64,000 bases of DNA from Acidimicrobiaceae bacterium (GCA_009842325.1 VYFQ01000003.1:113459-177458), one strand, 5' to 3'. Counted from the stretch's first letter, positions 19,230 through 29,002 are shown. Numbers and translations: made by a program. Notes: generated by a model not told the origin, from the sequence alone.

Positions 19230-19256
19230 GTCAGCCCCTCATCCCGGCTGGATTGC

Positions 19257-19814
19257 CTACTCGACGGTCCAGCCGTCGGGGACGCTGAAATCGCCGACCA
19301 CCTGGTGGGTGTCGTCGTCGGTCTCGGCGTCGGGGAGGTGCTGCCAGAGCATGAACTGGTTTCCCCATGGATCGATGAACGAGGCGTTGGCGCCGCCGAA
19401 CTCGGTCCAGAAGTGGTTCCTCCACAACTCGGTGCCGCCGAGCCGGACGGCAGTGTCGAGGATCCGCTCGAACGAGTCGTCCTCGCTCACCATGATCCAC
19501 GCCCGAGTGGCGCGCCCGCCCGGGTTCATGTGGGTGGGCTCCGTCGGGTTGGGATCGGGGTGGGGGCGCGCGTTCGCCGCGTGCGAGACACCCATGTGCA
19601 GGTTGCCGATCTCGCTCTGCGTGCCGTCGCCTTTCAGGAAGTTCTGACCGGGGACGATCCGGGCGAACGTGTCCTTGATGCGGTCCTCGACTTCCCAGTT
19701 GAAGACCTCTGCGTAGTAGGCGCGGGCGGCATTGACGTCAGTGGTCGGGAAGTCCACGAATACGAGAATGTTCGGATAGGTCATGGTTGGCTCAAGCACC
19801 TCCTGCTCTGACAC
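19257..19814 (-). CDS. VOC/glyoxalase-fold family protein
   Basis: ARAYYAEVFNWEV and FIDPWGNQFMLWQ are typical of the first and last strands of VOC modules. The start may be MTYPNI at 19784. Confidence 0.55.
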   Translation of the reverse strand: MSEQEVLEPTMTYPNILVFVDFPTTDVNAARAYYAEVFNWEVEDRIKDTFARIVPGQNFLKGDGTQSEIGNLHMGVSHAANARPHPDPNPTEPTHMNPGGRATRAWIMVSEDDSFERILDTAVRLGGTELWRNHFWTEFGGANASFIDPWGNQFMLWQHLPDAETDDDTHQVVGDFSVPDGWTVE

Positions 19815-19861
19815 TACGTCGGCGTATCTGGTGAGGCGTTACCCGGTACCCAGGCAGGTTG

Positions 19862-21046
19862 CTAGGCCAGGAGGGGGGCGAAGCGGTCGCGGTAGGGGCC
19901 GAAGTGCTGGACCAGGGCCTGGTTGGTGATGCCGAACTGGTCGGCGTCGTAGGTGTGGGTGCCGTGCTTGTCCTTGGGGTTGTCGGTCCTCCAGGCAAGC
20001 ATGCGCTCGACCGTGGCCGGCGCTAGGTCGTCGCCCAGCCACTGGTAGAGCCGGCGGATCTGGCTTATCGGATCGGCTTGGAACTCGGTGAAGCCGATGT
20101 CGAAGAACCTTGCGTCGTTGGCCGGGTCCCTGCGGAAGGCGAGCATCCGGTCCATCGCCAGCGACCAGTGGTCCATGTTGAGCTCGCCGATGTAGAGCGG
20201 GTCGATGCCCGGGTTCGCGCCCTCGAGCAGCGTGTAGTACAGGTCGCAGACCGACGGCAGCACCTTCGAGACGTCGCGGTGGGTCTGCACGAACCGGGCC
20301 GACGGGAAGACCTTCAGGTAGGCGTCCAGGAACATCGTGTGGGTCGGGCACTTGAGCCGCCACACCTTGGCGTCGGTCTTCCACTGGAGCAGCTTGAGAA
20401 CGCGCTCGGCGTACCGGTAGGTCGGCTCCATGTCGCAGTGGGCGAACCAGTGGCCGTAGCTGGGCATGCGGCCCATGACCAGGAAGAACTGGGCCTTGAA
20501 CTCCATGGCCATGAGGTTGTGGTCCTCCATCGGGCCGGTGGCCGACTGCGGCAGCATCGAGCGCAGCCGGGCCGCCATGTGGTCATGGGCCATCTCCAGC
20601 ACCATCCTGGTGGCGTCGATGCGGGCCTGGTCGGCGGCGGGGTCCAGGCCTGGCGGCGGGCACGGGTCGCCCTCCTCCCAGGTGCGCAGACTGCGGAAGG
20701 CCGGGTCCTCGCCCAGCAGGTGCGACAGCGCGGTCGAGCCCGTGCGGGGCAGGCCGACCCCCACGAACTCGATCTCGACGGGCTGGTCGTCGATCTCGGG
20801 GTGGCGCCGGTACCAGTCCTCCACCTTCAGGCGGTTGGTGAGGGCTCGAACCACCGCCCGGCGGAACCCGTGCTCTCCCATGTCGCTTAGCGTTGCCTCG
20901 GTCATCGCCGAGCGGACCAACACCTCGAGGCCTTCTCGCCAGGTGTCGCCGCCGAAGTCTTCGAGCCCCGTCTGGGCTCTGGCCTCGCCTATGAGCTCGT
21001 CGATCCTCGAAGCGACCTTCGGCGGTGCGGCACCGGTTCGGCTCAT
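19862..21046 (-). CDS. sulfotransferase family protein
   Basis: In-frame start MSRTGAAPPKV at 21046. PAPS-binding 5'-PSB-like GLPRTGSTALSHLL. ATGA overlap with the upstream gene. The 315-codon ORF-track extension is Arg/Pro/Gly junk. Confidence 0.75.
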   Translation of the reverse strand: MSRTGAAPPKVASRIDELIGEARAQTGLEDFGGDTWREGLEVLVRSAMTEATLSDMGEHGFRRAVVRALTNRLKVEDWYRRHPEIDDQPVEIEFVGVGLPRTGSTALSHLLGEDPAFRSLRTWEEGDPCPPPGLDPAADQARIDATRMVLEMAHDHMAARLRSMLPQSATGPMEDHNLMAMEFKAQFFLVMGRMPSYGHWFAHCDMEPTYRYAERVLKLLQWKTDAKVWRLKCPTHTMFLDAYLKVFPSARFVQTHRDVSKVLPSVCDLYYTLLEGANPGIDPLYIGELNMDHWSLAMDRMLAFRRDPANDARFFDIGFTEFQADPISQIRRLYQWLGDDLAPATVERMLAWRTDNPKDKHGTHTYDADQFGITNQALVQHFGPYRDRFAPLLA

Positions 21047-22086
21047 GGCTCGATGAGGTTCCCGGGCACCGACCGCTCCATCATCCCGTTGGCCTCCTCG
21101 CCGTCCCAGCGGAAGCGGGTCACGGCCTGCTGGAGCACCGGGTATCCCTCGGTGCCCGGTCCGACGCCTCCCATCACCATGAACGTCGACATGACGGTCT
21201 CGGCCTCGATCGTGGTGGTGCCTTGCTCGGACTCGATCACCACCGTGGCGTCGTCGCCGTGATGCTGGAGTCGGTTGAGCCAGGGGGCGTCGACCACCCA
21301 AGCCGGGATGAGCTCGCCGCCGCCGTCGAAGATGAAGCCCTCGTTGTAGGTGGGCAGGCCGTCGTCGCGCGGCGGGAACACGAGGTAGCCGAACGCCCGA
21401 CCGCTGCCGAACAGAGCCGACTGCCAGGCGTGGCCCCGGAACGTCCCGAGCCGGCGGACGCCCCGGCGGCGGATGCGCAGGGCGCCGCCGTCGATGCGGT
21501 GCTCGGCATCGCCGATCGCGACCGTGCCCCGGGCGCGGGCGAGCTGCTCGAACCGGGGGCCGCCGATGAGCGCCCCCTCGTCCTGCTCCTCGAGTACCCG
21601 CTTGACCTCGGGCAGGAGACCGCCGTTGACCCACGGCGGTACCGCCGAGTGCAGGTCTATGTCGATCTGCACCTGCACCGTCGGTTCCGACGGCGGCTGG
21701 CCGCCGGCAATCTGCTCGTCGCAGGTCCACTCGTGCACCAGGCCGTCGAATCGCATCCGCCAGTGCCGGAACGGCTCGACACACTCGAACGAGAGCGGGC
21801 CCGCGCCCAGCGTGGCGGGCCGGCCCTGAGCGTTGAGCGGGTCGTGGGCGTCGCCTGTGCCGTACCGGTTGAACACCCGGCCGTCGCCGCTGGCGATGTT
21901 CACCTGCACGTCGTGGGCGTGCCACCGCTCGCCCACTGCCTCGATCCCGATCCGGGGGATGCCGATCCGGTCGCCCTTGTCCCACAGCCACACGTTGACC
22001 GACTCCCGCATCTCCGGGTCGTCGGGCTGCGTCGCGAAGACGTAGTCCAGCTCCTCGCTCAACCCGCCGGCCAGGTCAGTTGCCAT
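21043..22086 (-). CDS. hypothetical protein
   Basis: 347-aa ORF of balanced composition, translationally coupled to the sulfotransferase. No motif recognised. Confidence 0.6.
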   Translation of the reverse strand: MATDLAGGLSEELDYVFATQPDDPEMRESVNVWLWDKGDRIGIPRIGIEAVGERWHAHDVQVNIASGDGRVFNRYGTGDAHDPLNAQGRPATLGAGPLSFECVEPFRHWRMRFDGLVHEWTCDEQIAGGQPPSEPTVQVQIDIDLHSAVPPWVNGGLLPEVKRVLEEQDEGALIGGPRFEQLARARGTVAIGDAEHRIDGGALRIRRRGVRRLGTFRGHAWQSALFGSGRAFGYLVFPPRDDGLPTYNEGFIFDGGGELIPAWVVDAPWLNRLQHHGDDATVVIESEQGTTTIEAETVMSTFMVMGGVGPGTEGYPVLQQAVTRFRWDGEEANGMMERSVPGNLIEP

Positions 22087-22101
22087 GCTGGAGGCGGCCG
22101 G

Positions 22102-22800
22102 TCACCGCTGATTGTCTGCCCGAGGAGGGCTTGGGCACATCTCCGACGACAGGTGGGCCGCGGCCTCCAGTTCCTCGACCAGGCCGAGCGCCTCGGTCCG
22201 CACCCGGTCGCAGCGGGCGCCGTCGACGAGCAGGGCCCTGAGCGAGAAGGACGCGACCTGGTCGGCGAACTCTGTGGGATCTATGTCCTCGCGCCGGCTG
22301 GCATCGATGTAGGCGCCCTCAATCAGCCAGGCCACGGCGCGGTTGGCGAAGTCGGCATCGAGGTCGAGCAGCTCGCCGTCAGCAATGCCGTCGGTGATCA
22401 GCGTGCCCTGGGCGGCGAGGAGGCGGTCCCAGACGAGGCGCTGATCGGCCAGGGCAGGCTCGTTGAGCACCTCGGCCGTGGTGGTGGCGCCCAAGTCGTA
22501 CGGCAACAGGAGCAGCCGGCGAAAGTCCAGGAAGAGAGCACAGAACAGGCGGGCCGAGGCCGAGCCGGGCAGGCTCCGGGCGGCGTCCAGGATCCGCACC
22601 GCGGGCTCGAACTCGACCTGCTGCAAATCGGCCATGATCTCGGCCTTCGACGAGAAGTGGTGGAACAGCGATGGTTGCCGTATCCCGACGCCCTCGGCGA
22701 TGTCGCGGGTGGAGGTGGCCCGGTATCCCCGTTCGGTGAACAGGCGCGACGACACTCTGAGGATCTGCTCCCGCGTGTCGATGCTGGTGCGCTCGGCCAC
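22102..22800 (-). CDS. TetR/AcrR family transcriptional regulator
   Basis: N-terminal HTH: TREQILRVSSRLFTERGYRATSTRDIAEGVGIRQPSLFHHFSSK. Confidence 0.9.
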   Translation of the reverse strand: MAERTSIDTREQILRVSSRLFTERGYRATSTRDIAEGVGIRQPSLFHHFSSKAEIMADLQQVEFEPAVRILDAARSLPGSASARLFCALFLDFRRLLLLPYDLGATTTAEVLNEPALADQRLVWDRLLAAQGTLITDGIADGELLDLDADFANRAVAWLIEGAYIDASRREDIDPTEFADQVASFSLRALLVDGARCDRVRTEALGLVEELEAAAHLSSEMCPSPPRADNQR

Positions 22801-22835
22801 CTCGAGATCTGCCTTCCATCGGTTGTGTTGCCTGC

Positions 22836-22853
22836 TTCCCGCTCGGGCGGGAA
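22836..22853. promoter_or_regulatory. inverted repeat TTCCCGC-N4-GCGGGAA upstream of the TetR gene
   Basis: 7-bp perfect arms, 36 nt upstream of the TetR start and 72 nt downstream of the COG0523 stop. It could be an operator or a terminator stem. Confidence 0.25.
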
Positions 22854-22924
22854 CGGCCGAACGTCACCATAGGGGGCGGCGAGGGCTCGGCCGCATGCTG
22901 GCTTATCGAAGAGCCCCGTGAGTG

Positions 22925-23869
22925 TCAGTTGAGCAGCGAGGAGGCCAGGTAGCGGCGATGGAGGGTGCCGGGCAAGCCGATCACCACGAGCTTTCCGGTG
23001 TGGCTTGGGTCGAAGCCGTTGGGGGCCGGCGCGATGTTCCAGCGCCGCCCGACTCTCTGGACGATGTGGAGCCCGCCGGCGGCGCCGTTGAACCGGAGGA
23101 TCCCCTTGACCCGCAGGACGGAGTCGGGCCAATCCTGCAGCGCGGCCTCTACCCGGTCCCGGTCGAGGGTGTTGTCGACCTCGATGACGGCTGAGTCGAA
23201 GGCTGGCTCGTCCGGGCCGTTGTCGGCGTGAGGCTGTTGTCGGGAGGGCCTGTAGATGGATTGGGCGGTCTCCAGGAGCAGCTCGGGTTCCAGTTGACCG
23301 GCACGGCGGGTGAGGACCGGTGCGCCGGGGGCCGTCGCGGCGAGCCAGTCCATGACGGCTGCCAGTCCGGCCTCGGTGACGAGGTCGCACTTGGTTGCCA
23401 TGACGATGTCGGCTCGGCGGAGCTGGCGGACTACTAGCTCGCCCACGAACTGGTCGCGCGACTTGGCCTGGACCGTCTCGGTGTCGGCCAGCACGACTAC
23501 CGCATCGAGGCGGCAGCCGGGCCAGCCCTGGCCGTAGGCGGCCACGTTGGCCGGGTCGGCGACGCCGCTGGCCTCGATCACGATCTGGTCGGGGGCCGGC
23601 TCCAGGGCGAGCACCCGGTCGAGGGCGTCGCCGAGCTCGTCGGCGATCGAGCAGCAGACGCATCCGTTCTTGAGGCTGATCGTCTGACCGTTGTGGTCGG
23701 CGATGAGGGTCGCGTCGATGTTGACCGCGCCGAAGTCGTTGACCAGCACGGCAAGGCGCCGGCCGTGGTCGTGGGCCAGCAACTCGTTGATCAGGGTGGT
23801 TTTGCCCGCGCCCAGGTAACCGGCGATCACAGTCACCGGCACGAGGTCCTGCGGGGTGTCGGTGCCCAT
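22925..23869 (-). CDS. COG0523 / CobW-family G3E GTPase (putative metallochaperone)
   Basis: P-loop VIAGYLGAGKTTLINELL, metal-binding GCVCCS, C-terminal CobW_C-like region. Confidence 0.85.
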   Translation of the reverse strand: MGTDTPQDLVPVTVIAGYLGAGKTTLINELLAHDHGRRLAVLVNDFGAVNIDATLIADHNGQTISLKNGCVCCSIADELGDALDRVLALEPAPDQIVIEASGVADPANVAAYGQGWPGCRLDAVVVLADTETVQAKSRDQFVGELVVRQLRRADIVMATKCDLVTEAGLAAVMDWLAATAPGAPVLTRRAGQLEPELLLETAQSIYRPSRQQPHADNGPDEPAFDSAVIEVDNTLDRDRVEAALQDWPDSVLRVKGILRFNGAAGGLHIVQRVGRRWNIAPAPNGFDPSHTGKLVVIGLPGTLHRRYLASSLLN

Positions 23870-23893
23870 GAGCCTTCACTCACCCGGCGACTG

Positions 23894-24016
23894 GAAATCT
23901 CGGTGGGGAAATGGGTGGTATATCCCAAGAATCGCACCGAGATTTTCGCGCGACCCGCGGTCAAGAAATCTCGGTGGGGAAATGGGTGGTATATCCCAAG
24001 AATCGCACCGAGATTT
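23894..24016. repeat. tandem duplication: two identical 52-bp units (23894-23945, 23965-24016; period 71 bp), each an 11-13 bp inverted repeat around a ~29-nt loop
   Basis: Both units read gaaatctcggtggggaaatgggtggtatatcccaagaatcgcaccgagattt. The arms AAATCTCGGTG / CACCGAGATTT are complementary. Located between the amidohydrolase stop (24052) and the COG0523 start (23869). Confidence 0.9.
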
Positions 24017-24051
24017 CTGGGCGACCCTGACGAACGCTTGTGAACGGCCCA

Positions 24052-25701
24052 CTAGGTGCTCGCGATCGGGAACTTCTGGCCCTCGAAGACGGTTCCCCAT
24101 ATCGGGATGTCTCGTAGAGCTTCGGCAGCGACCTCGTAGGGATCGGCCTCCAGGACGGTGAAGTCGGCTCGCTTGCCCCAGCGCAGCGACCCGATCTCGT
24201 CCTCCAGCCCAAGTACGTAGGCGGCGTTGGTGGTGATGGCCTTGATGGCCGCGTCCAGCGATGCCCGCTCGGTGGTGCCCATCACCGCGCCGGATTCGGT
24301 GAGCCGGTTGGCGGCCACCCAGGCATTGTTGAGGGGCTTGGCCGGCGCCATCGGGAAGTCCGAATGGACCGCGAAGCGCACCCCGGCCCGCTCCAGCGAC
24401 CCGAGCCTCGAGATCTGCGACGCCCGCTCGTACCCGACCACCCGGGCCGCGAACGCTTCGGAGAGCTCGTAGACGTAGTAGGCGTTGACCGAGGCCACCG
24501 CCCCCACCGCAGCCATGCGGTCGACCTGCTGGGTGCTGGAGATGCCGAAGTGCTCGAATGTGAACCGGTGATCGAAGCGGGGGCGCTCCCACTGCAGCTT
24601 CTCGAGGGTGGACAGGGCCAGCTCGACACCAAGGTCGCCGCTGCAGTGCACGTGGATCTTCAGCCCGGCGTTCCACAGCGCCCGGGCGACGGCTTCGAAC
24701 CTCTCCGGAGGTGTCATCCACTCGCCGTGGCGGCCGTCGAGATGGCCGGGCGGCTTCAGCATCAGCAGCTCGGCGAAGAAGCCGCCGTCGGCGAACATCT
24801 TGACGTGGTCGCTGAACCGCAGACGGTGGGTGTTGCGCGACGGGTAGGACAGGACCCGCTCGACGAACTCGTCGTCGGTCCGCTCGTCACCCTCGGGCCC
24901 CATGGCGAAGGGCATGAGTTGGATCCGGAACGGCGTGTCGGGCTGTTCCATCACTGCCTGGAGGTGGTCCCACTCCTGCTCGAACCCGTAGAAGCCGAGG
25001 GCGGCGTCGCCGATGGTGGTGTGGCCGCCGTGGTGGATGACCTGGCGCATCCGGTCGAGCCCGGCCCGGAACCGCTCGGTCTCCAGGAGGTAGCCCCGCA
25101 GGTGGCGCAGCGCGACGCTCAGGCCGGTCTCGAAGAACTTGCCCGCGTCGAGGTCGACCTGGGGGTGGCGGCCGGCGGCCGCGGTGTCGAGGTCCATCCA
25201 CCGCAGGCAGGCGTCGTTCACCGTGATCGAGTGGTAGCCGCGGTGCCACGCCACGATCGGCCGGGTCGTCGATATCTGATTGAGGGCGCTCCGGTCGATG
25301 GGGCCGTGCCAGATGGGGTGGTGGCCGAAGGTGAACAGCGGCTCGCCGGGCGCGAGGCCGGTGTCGAGGCTGACCATGCGGGCGCGGAACTGCTCGCTGT
25401 CGTGCACCGGTCCGATGTCCTCCCACGGGAGATCCCATCCGACGGCGGTGGTGAAGTGCATCGGCAGCAGGATGGCGGCCATGGAGGGGTGCAGATGGGG
25501 GTCGATGAACCCCGGCATGATGCAGTGGTCCTTGAAGGTGTCGTCGATCTCGTGGCTGTGCGACTCCAGCCACGGCCGCATGGTGTCGAGCGTGCCGACC
25601 TCCACGATCCGGCCGTCTCGGACCGCCACCGCCTCCGCCACCGGCAGCGACGGCTCCATGGTTCGCACCGTGCGGGCCACGAACACCGTCATGTCAGCCA
25701 T
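24052..25701 (-). CDS. amidohydrolase family (YtcJ-like metal-dependent hydrolase)
   Basis: VAVRDGRIVEVG and MPGFIDPHLHP metal-binding HxH. C-terminal HSDFP and a terminal beta-sandwich return segment. Confidence 0.8.
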   Translation of the reverse strand: MADMTVFVARTVRTMEPSLPVAEAVAVRDGRIVEVGTLDTMRPWLESHSHEIDDTFKDHCIMPGFIDPHLHPSMAAILLPMHFTTAVGWDLPWEDIGPVHDSEQFRARMVSLDTGLAPGEPLFTFGHHPIWHGPIDRSALNQISTTRPIVAWHRGYHSITVNDACLRWMDLDTAAAGRHPQVDLDAGKFFETGLSVALRHLRGYLLETERFRAGLDRMRQVIHHGGHTTIGDAALGFYGFEQEWDHLQAVMEQPDTPFRIQLMPFAMGPEGDERTDDEFVERVLSYPSRNTHRLRFSDHVKMFADGGFFAELLMLKPPGHLDGRHGEWMTPPERFEAVARALWNAGLKIHVHCSGDLGVELALSTLEKLQWERPRFDHRFTFEHFGISSTQQVDRMAAVGAVASVNAYYVYELSEAFAARVVGYERASQISRLGSLERAGVRFAVHSDFPMAPAKPLNNAWVAANRLTESGAVMGTTERASLDAAIKAITTNAAYVLGLEDEIGSLRWGKRADFTVLEADPYEVAAEALRDIPIWGTVFEGQKFPIAST

Positions 25702-25737
25702 CGAGGCCCCCGCAGCCGAGCACCGATGGCGATCCCG

Positions 25738-27036
25738 CTAGCCGTCGTCGCGGAGGCGCCGGCCGAGCGCGGCCGCGGTGTCGGTGCCGCTCTCGATGGC
25801 GCCGTCCATGAACCCGGCCCAGCCCCGGGCCAGGTCCGAACCGGCGAAGTAGAGCCGGCCGTGGGGGACCGCGAAGTCGGAGTAGTAGCGCGACAGCTGG
25901 CCCGGGCGGTAGGTCGTCCAGGTTCCCTGGGCGTACGGGTCGACGGTCCAGTTGTGGCCGTGGCAGATCCGCACGGTGGCCTCGGGGGCGAACTGGCGGA
26001 TGGCCTGCTGCACCTCGGCGGGATCGGTGGCGTCGATGGCCGAGTCGTCCTCGCCGATGCCCACCAGCAGCCGCCCGCCGTCGAAGTTGGCCTGCTCGGA
26101 GGTCCAGCACAGCGGTCCGCCCCAGCCCGAGGCCATGAGGAACTCAGGGACGTTGTCGACCAGGGCGTGGAGCTTGAGGGCGTGGCCGGCCAGCCCCTCG
26201 CGGGCGAACTGCGCCTTGAGCGAGTCCGCGGCGATGGGCAGGTCGATGTCCTGCCAGGTGTTGACCGGGGCGGCCAGCACCGCGAACCGGGCGGTGTGGG
26301 TGTCGCCGCCGACGGTTGAGACCTCGATGTGGTTGCCGGCGTCGGCGATCGAGGCGACCGGCGCGGAGAGTTCGATGTCGGCGCCGCCGTCGTCGGCGAG
26401 GGCCTCGACCAGGCTGGCGGTTCCCTTGGCGAACTTGGTGGCCGGGGCGTCGTCGAGCGTCCAGACGGCGTTGTCGTAGCCCGCCACCCAGGTCAGGACC
26501 TGCAGCGCCGAGTTCTCCGAGGGGTGGCAACCGAACGCGAAGGCCGACCACATCGTGAGGTACTCGGCCACGAACGGCTGCCCGGTGTACGCAGCGATGA
26601 ACTCCGCGAAGGAGATGTCCAGGTCGTGCAGATCGGGGTTGTCGAGGTCGGCACCGAACGTGACCCGGCGGGACTGCTCGATGATGTGGTCGAGGGCCTT
26701 GTCGAGGTCGGGCCGGAACTCCCGGGGCACGGGCTGGTCGGGGCGGGGGAGGCTGCGGCCGCACAGCGACACCCGGAACTCCTGGCCAGCGGGGCTGAGG
26801 ACCGTGGGCAGGGAATAGCGCTGGATTTCGCGGGCGATGTTGAGCTGGGTGGGTTCGTCGAACCACGTGCCGCCCATCTCGGTGCGGCGGCCGGTGTCAC
26901 CGAACTGCTTGTACCAGGTGCGCCCGCCGAGCCGGTCGCGTGCCTCCAGCACGAGCACGGAGTGGCCGGTCTGGGCCAGGTCGCGGGCGGCGGTCAGCCC
27001 GGCGATCCCCCCGCCAACGACGACAACGTCATGCAT
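25738..27036 (-). CDS. flavin-containing amine oxidase
   Basis: MHDVVVVGGGIAGLTAARDLAQTGHSVLVLEARDRLGGRTW (dinucleotide fold + GGR). C-terminal LYFAGSD...GFMDGAIESG. Confidence 0.85.
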   Translation of the reverse strand: MHDVVVVGGGIAGLTAARDLAQTGHSVLVLEARDRLGGRTWYKQFGDTGRRTEMGGTWFDEPTQLNIAREIQRYSLPTVLSPAGQEFRVSLCGRSLPRPDQPVPREFRPDLDKALDHIIEQSRRVTFGADLDNPDLHDLDISFAEFIAAYTGQPFVAEYLTMWSAFAFGCHPSENSALQVLTWVAGYDNAVWTLDDAPATKFAKGTASLVEALADDGGADIELSAPVASIADAGNHIEVSTVGGDTHTARFAVLAAPVNTWQDIDLPIAADSLKAQFAREGLAGHALKLHALVDNVPEFLMASGWGGPLCWTSEQANFDGGRLLVGIGEDDSAIDATDPAEVQQAIRQFAPEATVRICHGHNWTVDPYAQGTWTTYRPGQLSRYYSDFAVPHGRLYFAGSDLARGWAGFMDGAIESGTDTAAALGRRLRDDG

Positions 27037-27055
27037 GGATCCCGCCCCCGTCGGG

Positions 27056-27637
27056 TCAGTCCATCGAGAACGGCGGGTATTCGTCGGTGAGCAGCAGCCC
27101 GTAGGTGAAGTAGCGGAGGCTGACGAGGTGCGAGCCGACCACGAACCGGCGCAGGCCGTCGGGCCAGCGGCCGGTGAACAGCACCGCGAAGAAGCCGAGG
27201 ATGATGCAGATCGTGGCGATGACGACGATGATCAGGTTGAAGATGTAGGCGGGGATGACGGTGATGGGCCGTAGCAGCACCGTGAGCCGGTTGCGGCCTT
27301 CGAGCGCGGGGGAGAAGCTCACCGACGTCTGCGAGCGTCCGGCGTCGGCCGGCGAGGTGTCGAAGTCGAAGGGCGGGTACTGGTCGATAAGGAAGTAGGC
27401 GTAGGCCCAGACGACGGTGCTGTAGCGCAGGTACATGGCTTGAAAGCCGGCGAGGCCGGCGGGCAGCTTGCCGGTGAACAGGATCACGATCCACGAGATG
27501 ACCCCCACGACCGAGCTCACCACGGCCAGCACCGACAGCACCACGTGGTGAGGGATCAGCAGCAGCCATTGAACCAGCGGCCGCCAGTTGGCGATCCGGT
27601 CAGGCGTGTTGATCTGAAGCGATGCGGGATAACTCAT
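27056..27637 (-). CDS. DUF4389-like membrane protein
   Basis: Two copies of the pattern LLLIPHHVVL...W(I/F)xILFTG(K/R)xPxGL...YL(I/L)xDxYPPF. Confidence 0.7.
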   Translation of the reverse strand: MSYPASLQINTPDRIANWRPLVQWLLLIPHHVVLSVLAVVSSVVGVISWIVILFTGKLPAGLAGFQAMYLRYSTVVWAYAYFLIDQYPPFDFDTSPADAGRSQTSVSFSPALEGRNRLTVLLRPITVIPAYIFNLIIVVIATICIILGFFAVLFTGRWPDGLRRFVVGSHLVSLRYFTYGLLLTDEYPPFSMD

Positions 27638-27800
27638 ACGCGCACCCTAGATCACCCGATCCGCCAGCCCAAGACCTTCCGCCTGGGGGTTCAATGAGGG
27701 TGGGCGAGCACGGACCCTACGCGGCTTGTCGATCAGTCCGTCCTAACTTGGGGGTCGGAGGCGACACTCAAAGACGGATCCGGTACAAGGAGGCCCGAGA

Positions 27801-28340
27801 ATGCTCATGAGACGAATGATCCTCACCTGTGCCGTGGGGCTACTGGTCCTGGTGGGACTGGCGGCGTGCGCAGAGGATGACGTGGCCGGCGTGGGGGAGA
27901 CCGCGGTGGCGACTATGTGGGGCGTGGACGGCGCGGCGATGGGCACCGTCACCATGGAGCAGGGGCCCCACGGAGTGCTGATCTCAGCCGATGTCAGCGG
28001 CCTGACCGAAGGCGGCCACGGGTTCCACATCCACACTGTTGGTTCCTGCTCGCCGGACTTCTCCGCAGCCGGTGGACACTTTGCGCCCGAGGGTCGCGGC
28101 CACGGCTTCCTGTACGCCGACGGAGCCCACGCCGGCGACATTCCGAACATCTATGCCGCCGGCGACGGCACCGCCCGGGCCGACTTCTTCACCGATTGGG
28201 TGACTCTGGCCGCTCATGGCACGACATCGGTATTCGATGCCGACGGCTCGACGATCATCATTCACGCCAAGCCGGACACTTACGGCTCCGAGGCCGGCGC
28301 CGGCGACCGCGTAGCCTGCGGAGTGATCACCCGCAACTGA
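27801..28340 (+). CDS. sodC: Cu/Zn superoxide dismutase, lipoprotein
   Basis: AAGGAGG RBS. Lipobox GLAACAED. GFHIHTVGSC, GGHF, HAGDIPN, IIIHAKPD, GDRVACGVI. Confidence 0.9.
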   Translation: MLMRRMILTCAVGLLVLVGLAACAEDDVAGVGETAVATMWGVDGAAMGTVTMEQGPHGVLISADVSGLTEGGHGFHIHTVGSCSPDFSAAGGHFAPEGRGHGFLYADGAHAGDIPNIYAAGDGTARADFFTDWVTLAAHGTTSVFDADGSTIIIHAKPDTYGSEAGAGDRVACGVITRN

Positions 28341-28356
28341 GCCGAACGCTTGGCGG

Positions 28357-28656
28357 TCAGGCTGAGCCCGCGGTGGGGGCCTCGGCTCGTAGGTCCTCGA
28401 AGGTCTGGCCGGTCACATCGAGGTAGAGGCTGAGCGGGCACACGTCGATCTCGGAGCCGTCTCCCCAGGCCACCGCGCCGGAGTCCGCGACGATGTGGGC
28501 CGAGCGCCAGAAGTCTTGGTTGGACCACTGGCTGAAGATCCCGCCCAAGGCGGCGCTGTCGGACAAGTCGATTACGCCCTCGGCGCCGTTATCGAATCTG
28601 ACCCAGATCCGGTAGGGCTCGCGTACTTCGAGTTCGACCACCTGAGGTGACGCCAC
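28357..28656 (-). CDS. DUF2442-like protein
   Basis: VVELEVREPYRIWVRFDNGAEGVIDLS resembles the DUF2442 N-terminal signature. 99 aa. Confidence 0.55.
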   Translation of the reverse strand: MASPQVVELEVREPYRIWVRFDNGAEGVIDLSDSAALGGIFSQWSNQDFWRSAHIVADSGAVAWGDGSEIDVCPLSLYLDVTGQTFEDLRAEAPTAGSA

Positions 28657-28718
28657 GACTCCGATGCTTACTGCGATGCGTCAGGAGCGAGGCGGGATCC
28701 GCACCGGCACGGGCGCAG

Positions 28719-28913
28719 TCATTCGCTGACCCGTCGCCAACAAGGGCCCTGTGGCTCCTGGTTCTCGGGCCGACTGTAGAACTCGTGCTCCTCCTCGGGG
28801 GTCATCTCAGGTTCGCTAATCGTTAGCGCTTCGTTGAATTCGGTTCGCTCGGCGCTGGTCATCGCATTGAGCCGCCGGGTGCGCAGTTCTTCGACGGTGG
28901 TGCGACCCATCAT
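28719..28913 (-). CDS. small hypothetical protein
   Basis: 64-aa acidic ORF directly upstream of and co-directional with the DUF2442 gene. An AT-rich promoter-like region lies upstream. No family recognised. Confidence 0.35.
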   Translation of the reverse strand: MMGRTTVEELRTRRLNAMTSAERTEFNEALTISEPEMTPEEEHEFYSRPENQEPQGPCWRRVSE

Positions 28914-29002
28914 TCTCTTTCCTTCGCGGCGGTCAGCCGTTCAAATGTACTGTCATTAGCTAGTGATGCATGGAAAATTCTTCATTTGTACTGCTTACAT
29001 GA

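Noticed and set aside
23693-24161. Plus-strand ORFs 23693..24043 and 23856..24161 containing the duplicated peptide RWGNGWYIPRIAPRF
   Set aside because: The repeated peptide is simply the translation of the tandem 52-bp DNA repeat. The ORFs also run antisense into the COG0523 and amidohydrolase genes.
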